From positions 2,728,001 to 2,792,000 of the forward strand of contig JBLDXI010000029.1 in NCBI GenBank assembly GCA_047495785.1: a stretch of DNA of 64,000 nt, written 5' to 3'. The position numbers and the translations under genes were made by a program. Position 1 is the first letter of the stretch, and the number at the start of each line of letters is the position of its first letter. The notes under the pieces were generated by a model. That model had not been told where the DNA came from, did not search any database, and saw only the letters and a program-made list of their open reading frames with translations. Below, one piece after another: positions 37,112 to 50,099 of this stretch. Source of the stretch: Lepidodermella squamata (taxonomy: Eukaryota > Animalia > Gastrotricha).

Positions 37112-38164
37112 TAATCCCAGTCCAGATCCAGCTTTAGAAGCGCTCAATTCCGGGTCCACCTTAGTTTCGTGCGCCCCCTCCCCCTTTAACATTAATAGGT
37201 ACAGTTGAATAAAGTGGAAAGAACACTTAGTTTTCAATATTCAAGAAACGGAAATGATGATACAGTACAGCTAGCATGCCTAACGAAAATTAGTGCGCTA
37301 GGTGTCGTTTTCTTTTGCTTTGATAGTGTCGACACGAAATAATACCGTCTATGCCGGCTCACTGTCAATGTAATTAGGCTGAAAATTACCAAAATGCTAG
37401 ATATAACGCCGCTCTTTGAGCAGTGGCAATGATACATAACAAAAAGCAATTAGCGTTAGTCATTGAGAACGTGGTGGCCGCGCACGCGCCGGTTTGCCGC
37501 TAGCTGCATACTAGCCAGTGACGTAATGGTAGGGTTGTTATTGAGTTTTGGCTAGTTGCCAGTTACTCTCAGCTTGAATTGCTAGAGCCGAAAATCATTG
37601 CATTTTCGATGACGCGTCGTATCTTTAACAGGAAAAAAGATGAAACTGAAAGATCCTAGTTAGTCAGTTTACTACTGAAGGATCCTGCAAGAAGCAGTGA
37701 GCGAAGTTGGATCCTCAAGTTAGGTGGTATTTTCCGGCTTAGGTTTTATTACTAGAGGGCCTCCCTGTTGTTTTTTCACGGTTTTCCACCTTGGCCTTGG
37801 GAACTAGAGGGTCCCATTCCCCCGGATACTTCGGGTACTGCCAAGAAGTATTAAGGCTTAATTTCGGACTAGAATTCAGAGGCGAAACTCCTTAGCGAAG
37901 TACCGCTAACGGTATTAGGGATCAACCCTACCTGTTCCTCCGGTCCGTACGGTGAGCTCATTCAAAGACCGAAGAAGGGGCCCTTATGTCGACTTCTGTA
38001 ATCCCTACAAGTTCCGCGGTCCTACTTCGCTCTATGGTTCTCATTCGCCGGAAATAAAATATTGTTTGAAAAAGCCGTGTTCTGAACATCCAACAAGTTT
38101 ATTTATCGTAAATCACGCGATTAGGAGAAATATTTTGTTGAAAATCAGCCGATTAATCGTGGTT

Positions 38165-39145
38165 TTAGTTCGAACCAACGCATATATCCATGGTAACGCC
38201 ATATATCGTAGCTGTGGTAGCGCCTGTTCTGCTGGTTGTGCCGCCGAGGGCAAAGCAGCAACCCTGGAAGGTGGCGTGTTCATATGCACGCGTGGGGTTG
38301 GTGACCTATATCAATTATTAGTCAATTAGAATTGGAAATTAGAAACAAAAATAAGCTCACTAATGTGCTAGATACAAGAACGTTACTAGCAACGCCAGCC
38401 GAGTAGGGGAAACGAACGCAAGTGCCGGAGGGTGATGAAGCCACCGTGGATGTTACTTTGTACGGAACATCGTCAGTTGCTCCAATGCATGTCAAAATGC
38501 CAGCGGTATTTCTCGGCTGCGCGATGATTTCGTATTTGATCAGGAAATAGTTAGCAGGTGTCTGTGTGGCCGCGCAGCACGCAGCAAATGTGCTGAAGCT
38601 GTTTGGCGTAGCTGTAGAAGCCTGGCCACATAAAGTCGGAATGAACTACCGTGATAGGGCGGGGAAAGGAAATAATTACCACAGCAGCAGGTGTCATAGT
38701 CAGATAAGCAGTACAAGAAGATCCTGCGACGTTGTGGCAGAATTTGACAGTTTCAGCCAACCCAGCGCCAGTCCCTAGTGTTGTCATTGAGCACATCTGG
38801 TAGGTAGCCTTAGGTAGAAACGGAGGAAATACAGAATTTAGTGACGAAAAGAATCGGAGATAATACCGCGGCTTGGCAAGTTTGGCCATTTGTTGGGCAC
38901 TGGCTGTTGGTTTTAAGGACGCAATTACTGGCTGTAGAGTCGCAGGTGTTAGCCGTTGTTTGGCAGGTCGAGCCGGTGGTGCATGCGCTGGATGATGAAG
39001 ATGAAGAGCTCATGCAACTTTGACCAGTTGGGCAAGTGGCAGTGGCAGTGGAAGTCGTTGGGCACGGAGTCGTAGTTGTCGACGAAGGGCAAGCTGTTAC
39101 AGCGGCACAGGCAGCAGCGAGAATCACAAGAGTAAGGTAAGCCAT
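38165..39145 (-). CDS. Secreted Cys/Thr-rich protein A, 269 aa, family not recognised
   Basis: Exons 39145-38867, 38808-38680, 38621-38361 and 38305-38165; phase-0 GT-AG introns of 58, 58 and 55 nt; signal peptide MAYLTLVILAAACAAVTA; AATAAA about 60 nt downstream; same exon structure as paralogue B. Confidence 0.82.
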
Positions 39146-40859
39146 TGAAATATCGTTGAAAGAATTGAAGAAAAAGATGAAAAGAAACGATGCTCCTAGC
39201 TCTGTTTTGCTAGGAACTTTAAAGCTGCACTGCATTAAGTCAGACCCGTTTAGCTTAACAGGCCGTATGACTAGGTTTCCCGAAGGTTTTCAAGGCAATA
39301 ATCGAAACACCGGGCATCATGGCTGCTCGAAAACTGGTATGATGACTTGAATGTTAGTCGCCGATTATCTCTATCGAACTTCAATAATATGCAATCGATA
39401 CAAGCCTGCCCGCGAATTTATTCGAGTGAATACGAAACAAGAAAGAATTTAGTGATGACATTTGCGAATTCTGAAGCATAAAAACTAATATTTGGCACGA
39501 AAAAAACGCCACGTATTTGTTACGGAAAAATAGCGTAGTTTAGTTCTAATTTACGTGTAATAAATTCCAAAATTTAATTGCTTTTAACGTGAAAATTCGG
39601 CTAATGAGTGCACATTTTTTGCTCAATCGACATTTTTTAATTTTCAGGTGTACATATTTAAACTCGAATTGATGTCTAAATTAGAGCGGAAATAATCTTC
39701 AATTTATTTAGGAATTTTCATTTAGATCGATCAATTCTCATGTGTCATCAAACGCAATTTTGAAATTTTGAATATTCCACCAGCATGAAACAGGATATTC
39801 AAGCAACAGCTTCCAAGGTTACCTAGCAACGAAACATTTATTCGGGAATAACATCCTCAAATGCGACAATAAAATGTGGCATCTTCGTGAGCTCACTCCC
39901 TTTTATGGAATGTGTCAAAAACATCCTGAAAGATGAAGGATGAGAAATACAGCTTCTCATGAAATCAGTCTAGCTACGTAATCGCTGAAATTAGCCGAAA
40001 ACACGGCATTATTCGACAGTTTTCGAAACTAGACAAGATCCTTCCAATACAAATTCGACCATGCTGAAAACTGAAAACGAAAATCAATATTAGAAGCTTC
40101 GGGGAAATCGTCATAGAGATTCAGCCACTACCCACTACCAGAGGAGACCAACCCTTCAGGTTCAACTTATGCGAGCAATCAAAATCGATGAAAAGGTGTC
40201 TGAAATGTTGTTTACCGTCATTATCCTCTCTTAGGTAATTCAACTTCGCTGAGTTCAAAAATTAACATCTCAGGTTCATAGGAAACACTCTTGACCAAGA
40301 AACCCATGTCACAACGGGGTTAACCAGTTTAGCAGCCAGCGAAGTCAGCGGCACAAAATGTCTTCGAGCTTTAAAACATTTCGACGATATTCATCAATGA
40401 CATTTCAAAATAAATATAATTTCAAAAAAATTATTTGCAACAGGACAAAATGTGTCATTTGGTCGCATAGAAATCTGAATTCCTCAGAAGGCAGTTGTTG
40501 CGTGTCAGATCGGAATCCTCAATTGGATGATCTGTTTGGAGAAATTGCAATTATCACGCATCCGTTTTCGAAAATATTTGTTTTGTATTTTATTTGTTTT
40601 GCTTATAATTAATTTTTGGTAAAACTTCAAGATCACTTATCATCAAATAAGTGGATAATAATATTAACTTGTTGTTACCACTCTAAATTACTGCATTACT
40701 ATTACTATTATTTAGTTCATTTGCATTCATTTATTTATATTTCTCGTTTTTCTTTTTCCTATTTTCTCGTTTCTTAGTGGTTTTATTTTTCTTATCCTCG
40801 CCCTTATTTTTATTATTGGTTTTCTTTTTCCGGCGAATTTCTCTACTGAAACCTACTGT

Positions 40860-41390
40860 AATTAGGCTTCTATGCACTCCGTTGATCCATCTAGTTCGAG
40901 GTCTACCTCTGGATGCAAACCATCCAAGCGGAGGCGTCCAAATATATATTTCGTGTATTAGTCCTTCTGCGTCATTATCATGTAGAACTAATTATGTGAC
41001 CTAGAACCTAAATACCTTAGCCTTTGTTTATCAACAATGCGGCTCACTTCCGCAGACCTCCGCATAACGCAAGTCTAATGTCTATTTTAGGAATATAGTC
41101 CATTAGGTAGACACCTACTATTGATGGAAGCCATCGATATTCTACAGTGTTTAGTCTATTTTCCTGGGGTATCGATATGTTCCACGATTAGCAGGCGTAG
41201 GCATTATGGTAGGCATTATAACACATGTCAGTACCTCAAGTTTTGTATCTATGGAAACCTGATTTTTGTTGCACATGAATTTATTCATGGCTCCGAAAAC
41301 CCTGCCTGCCTTAGAAATTCTGTAGTTTAATTGCTCATCGAGTTTGTCGTCACCAGTAGTAATACTACCTAAGAAGTAGGAACAGACCAT
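40860..41390 (-). mobile_element. Degenerate RTE LINE 3' fragment
   Basis: FLGSIT...RISKAGRVFGAM...DTKLEVLTCVIMPTIM and RGRPRTRW. Confidence 0.7.
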
Positions 41391-42113
41391 CTTCGGCACT
41401 GAAATTACCTTAACCTAATACCTTGTCAAATGACCGTTCAAGTGAAAAATGGGTTGTGGCAATTTTTTCTGTATCTTTCATCAATCATTTTCAAATGAAG
41501 TCCAATTTCTCCGCAATATACTGATGGCTATCAACATGTTTTTAATATCGTTCGACTCCTCGTGACATGATCTTGTAAGTGGCATCAAAATCTCCCAATG
41601 TCATAAATTCCGCCAAACTCCACTAACGGTCAAATAGCCTCACTAGGCCGAGTCAACGAGCTCATAGCTTTTTCAGCTTAATTCAGGATTGATTTTCCAC
41701 ATCCCTCTTCTTCACAGAATTCTGCAACAAAATTACACAAAAAAATTCTGCCGGCCAGGTCGAACAATTTTCAAGGGTAAGGAGCAAATCTCGCATAATG
41801 ACAAAGCTGCTGTTGATCGCTCGCGTGAATGTTTAGTGGCTGGGTACCATTAGAAGCTGTGGCTTGAATCTAAAATACCGTATTTTTCTTATTCAGAAAT
41901 TTTGAAAATTTTTGAAATTAATGTTCAATGACTCGCTCAGTTTTGATGTGCTCGAACCGAGTTGACCCCTCAACTGGGCTAATATTGGAACTACTACGGT
42001 ATCTAGTTTCATGCTGGTGGAATATGGAAGTGAAATTCGAAATTATTTTTTCGTTAACCGTTGAAGACACCTTGGCAGTTTTGCAGAATATGCCCGTTTG
42101 TAACATCTTGAAC

Positions 42114-42818
42114 TTCGTCGAGAACCCCTTTCTCCTCCGCTACCACTTGCCCAACCGGTCAACGTTGCATGAGCTCTTCTTACATTACTGGCACTACCTG
42201 CCAAACAACCGCAAACACAAGTGACTGCACTGCCAGAAATTGCATCCCTAAAACCAATAGCCAGTGCGCAACAACTGGCCAGACTTGCCAAGCCGCGGTA
42301 TTAGCTTCGATTTTCTTCGTCACTAAATGCAATAATACCCAGTCGAAAAAAATTAGACCATGGCTCGGTCTAAATTTGATACTGGGGTAGATTGTAAGGG
42401 TTCGACCCTACGTAGATCGAATGGTAAAATTAGGACCTACACAGGATCGATGCCCGTAGATCCAGTTTAATAGATCGACAATAGGTCGGAAAAACAACAA
42501 TTTTGGACGGATATTTTGCCTTTTGGATCTACGTACGATCTACTGAGCTCTCGGTCTACTGATTTTCGTCTAGGTATTTCCTCCGTTTCCACCTAAGGCT
42601 ACCTACCAGATGTGCTCAATGACAACACTAGAGACTGGTGCTGGGTTGGCTGAAACTGCCAAATTTTGCCACAATGTCGTCGCAGCTTCGTAGTGCTTAC
42701 CTGAAAGTAACATTTGCTGCTGTGGTAATTATTTCCTTCCCTCGCCATATCATGATTTTTCATTCCGGATTCATGTGGCCAGGCTTCTACTGATACACCC
42801 AACAGCTGCAGCACATTT
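42114..42818 (+). pseudogene. Relic paralogue of Cys/Thr-rich protein A
   Basis: TCPTGQRCMSSS...TTGQTCQAA, exon 2 ATYQMCSMTTL and the start of exon 3; no signal peptide, truncated; a ~240-bp inverted-repeat insert sits in intron 1 (about 42336-42576). Confidence 0.8.
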
Positions 42819-43591
42819 GGGACGGAGTTTGAGACTACCTAATGGGATAAAACAGCTTAAATCCCCCAAGGTATTCACCGGCGTTAACGATTTTTCGTAT
42901 TTTAATCAGGCTGATAGCTAGTGATCCAATTAGCAAATCTTACCTAATATAGAATATTTCTGAGCCCACATTAGTTTCAGCAGTATCGCGTATTTCCTAA
43001 ATCAATATATTTTTTTATTTTTTTACTACGGAGATAATTGGACTTGCGCAATAAATTAAAAAACACCTGTTTTCGCCGATACATACCTGCTCTTTTTGGA
43101 GGAAATTCTTAATTGTTCAATTCAGAAAAATATTAATTTAATTATAAGATATAAGGCTTATTTATTGTTAACGAATGTTGCCTCAATTTTTGCCCATTTA
43201 AAACTATTTTCCCAGTAATAACTTTCTTCTGTCCCTGGAAGTGTCCACACCTGTGTACATAGGTAAATATGTTTTTAATGTAATTATTTGTGTGCTATGA
43301 ATTGAAGAGAGAGATGCTGAAGGACAAAAGCACTTTTCGCGCATTTTCCAACGCCACCGCTGGCATTATACCTATGGGCATATCTTGAATCACAACTATT
43401 TTTTACGAGGCCACGTGCCGTAGATTTGTTTAAGCGTAGCCAGTATACAGGCATAGGCTTTGGTCTTTCACAAAAAGCTGTGTCAATAGCATTACTCTAC
43501 GTTGTGCGTGATATACAAGGCTGCAGTGCTGAAACAATTTCACAGTGTAGCTCAAATTATCGATTATTCATAATTATCTTTAAACTACTTC

Positions 43592-45735
43592 ATGATGAAG
43601 CCGACTGACCTTTTGTTACTATCAATCGCGTGTTTAGCATCAGGTATGCTTATGCAGGAATAGAAATGCAAACTGTACTCTGCGCTGTTATAAGGTACTG
43701 CAGCAGCCACTGCCTGGCCAAGACTCGACGCTTTAGTATTCCATGTCCAGATGGACAGAAATAACGATTTGAACGATAGAATTTGCAACCTAGCTCCAGT
43801 AAACACGAGCTCTTATGCCGCATTTGTCCCAAGAAACAACCCCTTCGGCGATCTAACTGGTTCGTACTCGTTGAGTACCGACATTGGAAGAAATTGGGAC
43901 TACTTAACGATCTATCGCCCTGTTCCGATCAAGCCTAGCTTCACACTATCGTTTTACCTGAAATCATTGCCCGACACTGCTGCTGGTTTACTGGAACTTG
44001 AAACCGACAAGTCCTTCTTAACAGCTGTCTGCTTTTCGAAAGACCTTATCGTCAAAGTATTCGACAAGGACGATATAAATATGACAATTAGGCTCAACGT
44101 CTCAAGCGCTTGCGGGGTCGATAGTTGGCGATATTTCGCGATATCCCACGATAGCTCAGCGAGCCAACTGACGGCTTACGTCATCGATCCTAAGACCAAT
44201 TCAACAAAGTCGGCTTCTGGCAATATGTCCAAACCCCTGCTGATCGGCGGAGACTGGAGTCAGTTAACGCTCGGTGATGCTTTGGATAGGGATGCTTACC
44301 GAGAATGGGGATTCCGAACTGGCCAGGACTTGTTCTGCTTCTCGATGTTCAACGCCGCCTTGAATTCCAGTGAAATCCGCCTATTACCCGAATCGTGCCA
44401 CGAAGCTCCTCAGAAATCTCCGACAGTTGACTGCAAGCGTGATGGAAGCCGTAAGTTCGATGGCTTCCTTCTTAGATTATGTGATGTGTGATGAAATAAT
44501 TCGAATTGAATAAGAAATGTCACACTTCAGTTTCATTTTTAGTGAGCTACAAAAACCTGTAGAAAGCGTACTCTCGATTCGGCTTCTTGCACCATAGAGA
44601 AGAATTGACATGTTACGGCTGTAGGTCAAGAAGATTCCTTTGATTCTAAATTTCTTAATTCCGTTACAAAGCGATTTATTTATGGCTTAATGTTTCAAAG
44701 TTAAAGTTTTGGCTATCTTTTTACAAAAAACTTATTGATCTTTATTCAGTGCAACTCGGCGTTCCATGGCCGCAACCTAAATCTCTTGTATTCGCCCCTT
44801 ATCTGGACAGAAACTCGCAACTGAACGACACAATCTGCGGAATCAAGCCCGATAGCAGATCGAATAGTGCTTCGTTGGAGGCTAGTTCGCCATACGGAGA
44901 AGATTCCGGCTACTTCAGCTTCGCAGTTGGTTACTGCTGTATCAATATGAAAATGAGTGATAATAAAACCCTGGCTGCCTACAAAACGATGGTACCGCTG
45001 AAACTAGCCGGATTCTCTGTCTCGTTCTTCGCAAGTGTGAGCGGCCAAGGTAGTGGAGATCCAGCTTTCGACGATGGCCGGCCTAGTGGACTGTTTGAGA
45101 TGGAGCTGGCGAACTCGTTTCTCACGCTTCATTGCGCAAAGGACTACACGCTCTATGTCAAAGTTTTCGACAAAAGAACCAGCAGTGTCGCAGCGTCTCT
45201 AGCTATCCCGAAATTCTGCTATGCGTGGAAGTTTTATGGCGTGACTTACAATTCAAGCGATCAGAAGTTGACGGTTTACCAATTCTATAAAACTAGCACA
45301 TTGCTTATTTTGGATTACTCGAAAATCACGTTTGATATGAATACAATGTACTCAAATTCGACAATTGTCGATCGGAAGCTGTTCTACGAATCTGACTCGG
45401 CCATTCAATGGGTGCCATCGATTGTTGTCGGAGGAGCTTTAGATCGCGAGAACAATACTAAGTACGGGTTGATGGAGAATGACAATATGGCCTGTGTAAC
45501 GATCTACGATTCCCCCTTGTCAGCGAAGGAAATGAGGCAAGTAACTGAAGCTTGCCGATCTCCACCTACTGCTGCTGTTGGACTTGACTGTAATAGAGAT
45601 GGCCCTAATGGCCAGCCTAAACTCGTTACATCTTCCGGTAAATCTAGTTACGGATCTAATAGTGGAGCTAATCGAAGCTATGAGTCTGAATCTTCACTGG
45701 CGTTTTTATGCATCTTGTTAGCTACGGTGATGTAG
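43592..45735 (+). CDS. Array copy 8 (opposite orientation): two-LamG-like-domain GPI-type protein, about 597 aa
   Basis: Exons 43592-43643, 43695-44450 and 44750-45735 join in frame; signal peptide and hydrophobic C-terminus present. Confidence 0.87.
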
Positions 45736-48328
45736 CGTTTTCGAGGATTTATAGCTTTAGCTATTCATCGTGCTAATACCGGTTATTTGAGTCTTGAATT
45801 CTGGCTGGAAGTCTGTTCATTATTGATATGATTCGGTATATCTGCGACCCATTGTATGAAAGTGGCCCTTATAGTTTTTGTTGCGCCACACATCACAATG
45901 CCAACGACGTTTACTCGAACTGAATTGTACTTTTTTACAGCCTGTCTCATTCTCATTTGAATATCTTATTTGTGTTTTTACGAATTGTACGTCTCACGGA
46001 ATACAAAGCTATTAAAATTTATGAGCATCAATAAATAGCTTTTGCTGAGTTTTCGAACTTTCGATAGAAGTTTGCAGGATAGAGATGGAGTCGGCAAAGT
46101 GAACTAAGCAAGTCTTAAGTTTATTTCACCTTTCTCTTTAATCGGGGTGTTGATTGAGATTCGCATCTTTGAATATCGTGAAATTCGTTCCGATAAATTT
46201 ATTGCAAAGCAGGGATCCATATGGCCAACTTGTGCTACCTAAATTTGTGTTGCCATCATGTATAATGGAAAAATCTTCTAAAACGCTCGAAAGTTTCAAG
46301 TTGCGTTGCATGATTTCAGCAGTCTTGGATGCCACGGTCTACAGAAACACTTCCATCCAGAAAAGTTTTCAAGGAAGTTTATCAAGTGCAACGAATAGAA
46401 AAGCCAGATCGCAAACGGAAAAACCTCTGGGCGTTTTTCCTACTAAGAAAAGCCGCTATGCTAATACAGCTGCAACCTTTCAAGAGAACAATTATCCTCA
46501 AGTCCATATCAAGTATTACAGATTATGCCATTACGGAAGCTATGAAAATGTCATTTTTAGTCAGGAACGTTATCGGTATTGCATCATCCGTAAACCTGAC
46601 ATCCTAAATCACGGTTGCTGCTATAGGTTTCAAGATATCCTCGTAAAAGTGTAGTTTTGTACTGGCTTAAAGCTGGAAACCTATAGGTGAAACAAAATCG
46701 TTCTAAACTTTCGATTAATTTCAATTCCACATAGCTCTGCTGGACGTGGGATAGGTGATGGCGAAAAATGTTATCATCAAATCCAAAATAGCAAATCGAC
46801 AAAAGAGAATGATTCATGCTTGCATTTCAAATCAAAATCAAATGTCTTCAGAAGAGCAAACGCGAATTTCTGGCCCGATTGTGATTTTTCGCTTTCAGCT
46901 TGAATATCGGAATCATTTAGCGAAGCGACCTTCAAAATTTTGGAATAGAAGATGATGGAAGGCTGATTTCGCTATATTCAAAATCAACAGTTGATGCTCA
47001 CACCTTAGTTTGCTCATCTTCTTACTACATGTATAGTATACTGAGTGGAGTAGCCAAGCTCAATACAGGTATATGATCACTACACATCGGGCTTTGTTTT
47101 ATGGCTGCATTTGTGTGGAGTTAGCGATGCCTTTGTTTCGCCGCTTGGCTTTTGTCATTAGTGGCATATACTCTGACGTGTGAATATCATTTATTGCACT
47201 GGCATATCTTTGCCGCAGGGCATAGGATTGATAGCCATGAAAGTGGAATGAATGCATTATTTTGAATTTTTACTGCTTGTTTACCAGCGTGACCAGTTAT
47301 TTGACCTGGCTTCGTCTCCGAATTTGCTCATCTCTGAATCAATTTCCAGTAACAACGAAGAATCTCGAAAGTCAAGGGAAAAAATGTGTCGAAAAACGTC
47401 AAAGTGTGCGTGATAATATCGCAAACATTTCGAAAATTCCCAAGATTTTCCCAAGAAATTTTCAATTATTTTCGTCAATATTAATTGCCAGATATCCGGA
47501 TTATCTTGCTATTCCAAATGATGCTTTGAATCGAAATAAATTGAAAGTCAGCATTTGAAATTTGAAGTAATCGATTATTGGCTCCATCATCCAAGTTTTA
47601 TTCCTGCGAATTCATATAACAGCTCGATAACAGATAGCGTAATTATCAATTTTGCTATTCGCCGAGATGCGAAATCCCAAAGTCTTGTTGCTAGTTGCTA
47701 ATCAGAAATGCTGGATTTTATGCTGGGTGAATTGCAGGATTGGTGATAAGAAAACCGAGTTTTCAAAAGTGAGAGGAAAATTCGGTGTCTGACAGACACT
47801 TTTCGATGTTTTTTTTACAAGAAAAAGATGAACAACGGCAATAAACTCAATAGCATGATAATAGCCTCCAGTCCATTGACCATTCTTATTTGCGTTACAA
47901 ACTCGCCTTTTATTGCTGTTCATTTCGACCATTGCTCCATTAGACGAAACACCCCTTTTTAACTTGTAACAAGTTCAAGAAATATCCTTTCATAACACAA
48001 CTTACGGGTTATCACAAGCTGTTTCTCGGCATTTCTTGTGGTCCGAGAAGTGGTTCCTCTTAGAATTTCCAAGATTAAATGTTGAAAACTCCCAATGTTT
48101 CTTCCAATATTTCGAAATTTCCAGAATCTAGCAATTCAAAAATCGATTTTGATAATTGAACTCAACTCACTTTTCTGCCTTTATCTCAAAATTATGGGGT
48201 TATTAGAATTTAATTTGCCGGAATTGAGTTGATTAATCCATCGGCCGCTTTGTATTCGGGTTTTTGTTTTATTCCATCGTTTTTTGACCTAGTCTCTCCA
48301 GCATTTTCACCCTTGTAACCTACATCCT

Positions 48329-49376
48329 ATGGACTCATCAACTCTACTTATTCTCGTTGCGGCTGTATCGGTTGTGAGAGCTTGCCCGCCAACGTCTACT
48401 ACTACAACCCCTTGCCCAACAACTCCGACCACGAGTTATCCTGGAACTTGCCCAACCGGCCAGAGTTGTCTGACTACTACGAACTATTGCGACCTGTCAA
48501 CAAGCAACTGCAACCTCAAGACAGCCAACCCATGCCCATCGGGGCAGTCATGCGCCGCCCCAAGCAGTCCGCCAGCATCGGTAATGATATTATTACTTTG
48601 CTCAATTCCGGGCCCATATTAGTTCCGTCCGTCCCCCAAGCGTCGGTTGCGCAATTGGAGGGTAAAAGTGGACTTAACGCAATTGCGTAACCGACGCTTG
48701 GGGGACGGACGGAACTAATATGGGCCCGGAATTGAGCTATTACTTTCATACGTGGCGAATAAGCATTGAGCATTATTATCAAGCCCGTCTACAATCTATG
48801 CAAAGTTAGCACGCAAGGCGGCCCAGGAATTGGCGGACAAGACCTGCAATTCTGCACAAATAGTGCCGTAGCATGTAATGCATTATTGACATCTGGATCT
48901 GCTGTAAGAAGAAACTTGAAAGCTCAGATTTGTTGCTAACGGTTTAATTTGATAGGTTGGCTCTTCCACCTATGCGAGTTTCACTCAATGTTGCGCGGCC
49001 CTTACGCCGAGTTCAAATGTTAAATACGAAATCATACCAGGCACCACGCCAGTTGTGGCGTGCGTAGCAGCCTTAGATTCAACCCCTTATAAAATATCCG
49101 CTGCCGCCCCCGCTGATACGACTGGTGTAGTCTGCTTTCGCTTCCCCAATACAGTGCCGACCGGCTATTTCCAGACCAACACCGTGGTATGATGATGATA
49201 TTATTCCTGAAAGCTATTGATGACACTGCTCTTTTAAGACAGTAAAAGGTGGAGGGTCTGTCAGGCAAGCCGCAACCTTCATACAATGCTGCGATCTGAT
49301 ATCTCCGACCGTCTTAACTCTTGGCAGTTCGGGTAGCGCTTATGGCGTTATAACCTTTGAAACATGCAGAAACTGA
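48329..49376 (+). CDS. Secreted Cys/Thr-rich protein B, 246 aa, family not recognised
   Basis: Exons 48329-48580, 48784-48903, 48956-49186 and 49239-49376, all phase 0; Cys pattern and the motifs FxxCC, KYEII and PYK align with protein A. Confidence 0.82.
48600..48737. mobile_element. MULE-like foldback MITE in intron 1 of protein B gene
   Basis: About 58-bp arms with one mismatch; 9-bp TSD TATTACTTT; removal leaves a 56-nt intron. Confidence 0.92.
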
Positions 49377-50099
49377 AAAATTTACCGTATCTACGTCCGA
49401 AATTGACGAAATCCACGAAAATAACTACTATTATTCCATCACCTTTCAAACTATTCTTCGTGAATTATCTCTTAGTCTGATTTCATTGAACTGCGCGTAT
49501 TAATATTCAGCATGCGTTGCATTTTTGAATACTTGAAAACAGTTATTTTCTTCTTTTTCAGTTTTACAGATATTACATAATCGCCCTGTTCTTACTTTCA
49601 TTGAATCTAATAAAAGCAGCTATCTTCCCGTCGAATTATTTGAGCAAATGGTGACGCGAGGATTGAATCTATGAATAAATCATACCACTGGAGACTAGAG
49701 CCACATTCAGCAGGCTTTAAGTCTGCTGAATGTGGCTCTAGTCAAAGAAGTCATGGTTTTAATAATAATTTCCGGGTGAGCAATCATTCGTAACTTGGTC
49801 AAATCAATCACTCGCCGTATAACTCAGCGCATTATTCGTATACAAACACGTCGTATAAGTACTTCGAAGAGGGTATTTTAGTTTGGTTTTCAACGTTTTC
49901 TGAATTAGGCTAGGTACATAGAGGATAATCATAGTATTTCTATTTTGCGGAATTCGCTATAAACTCGAGGTTCCCTTTGAGTAATATCGTTAGCGTCGCG
50001 CCGAAACAACCACATTAGATTTTTTAATGACCTTGATCAAAAAGGAAGAGGAGTTTCACAGTTTAAATGCGTACCGAAAACAAAGAGTGAAAATAAATG

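Noticed and set aside
35968-37237. Cluster of overlapping ORFs, and GCGGG repeats resembling a CRISPR-like array
   Set aside because: These are subterminal repeats of a MITE, with no constant repeat-spacer periodicity, in a eukaryotic context
46138-46955. Possible decayed transposase ORFs
   Set aside because: No family motif could be recognised with confidence
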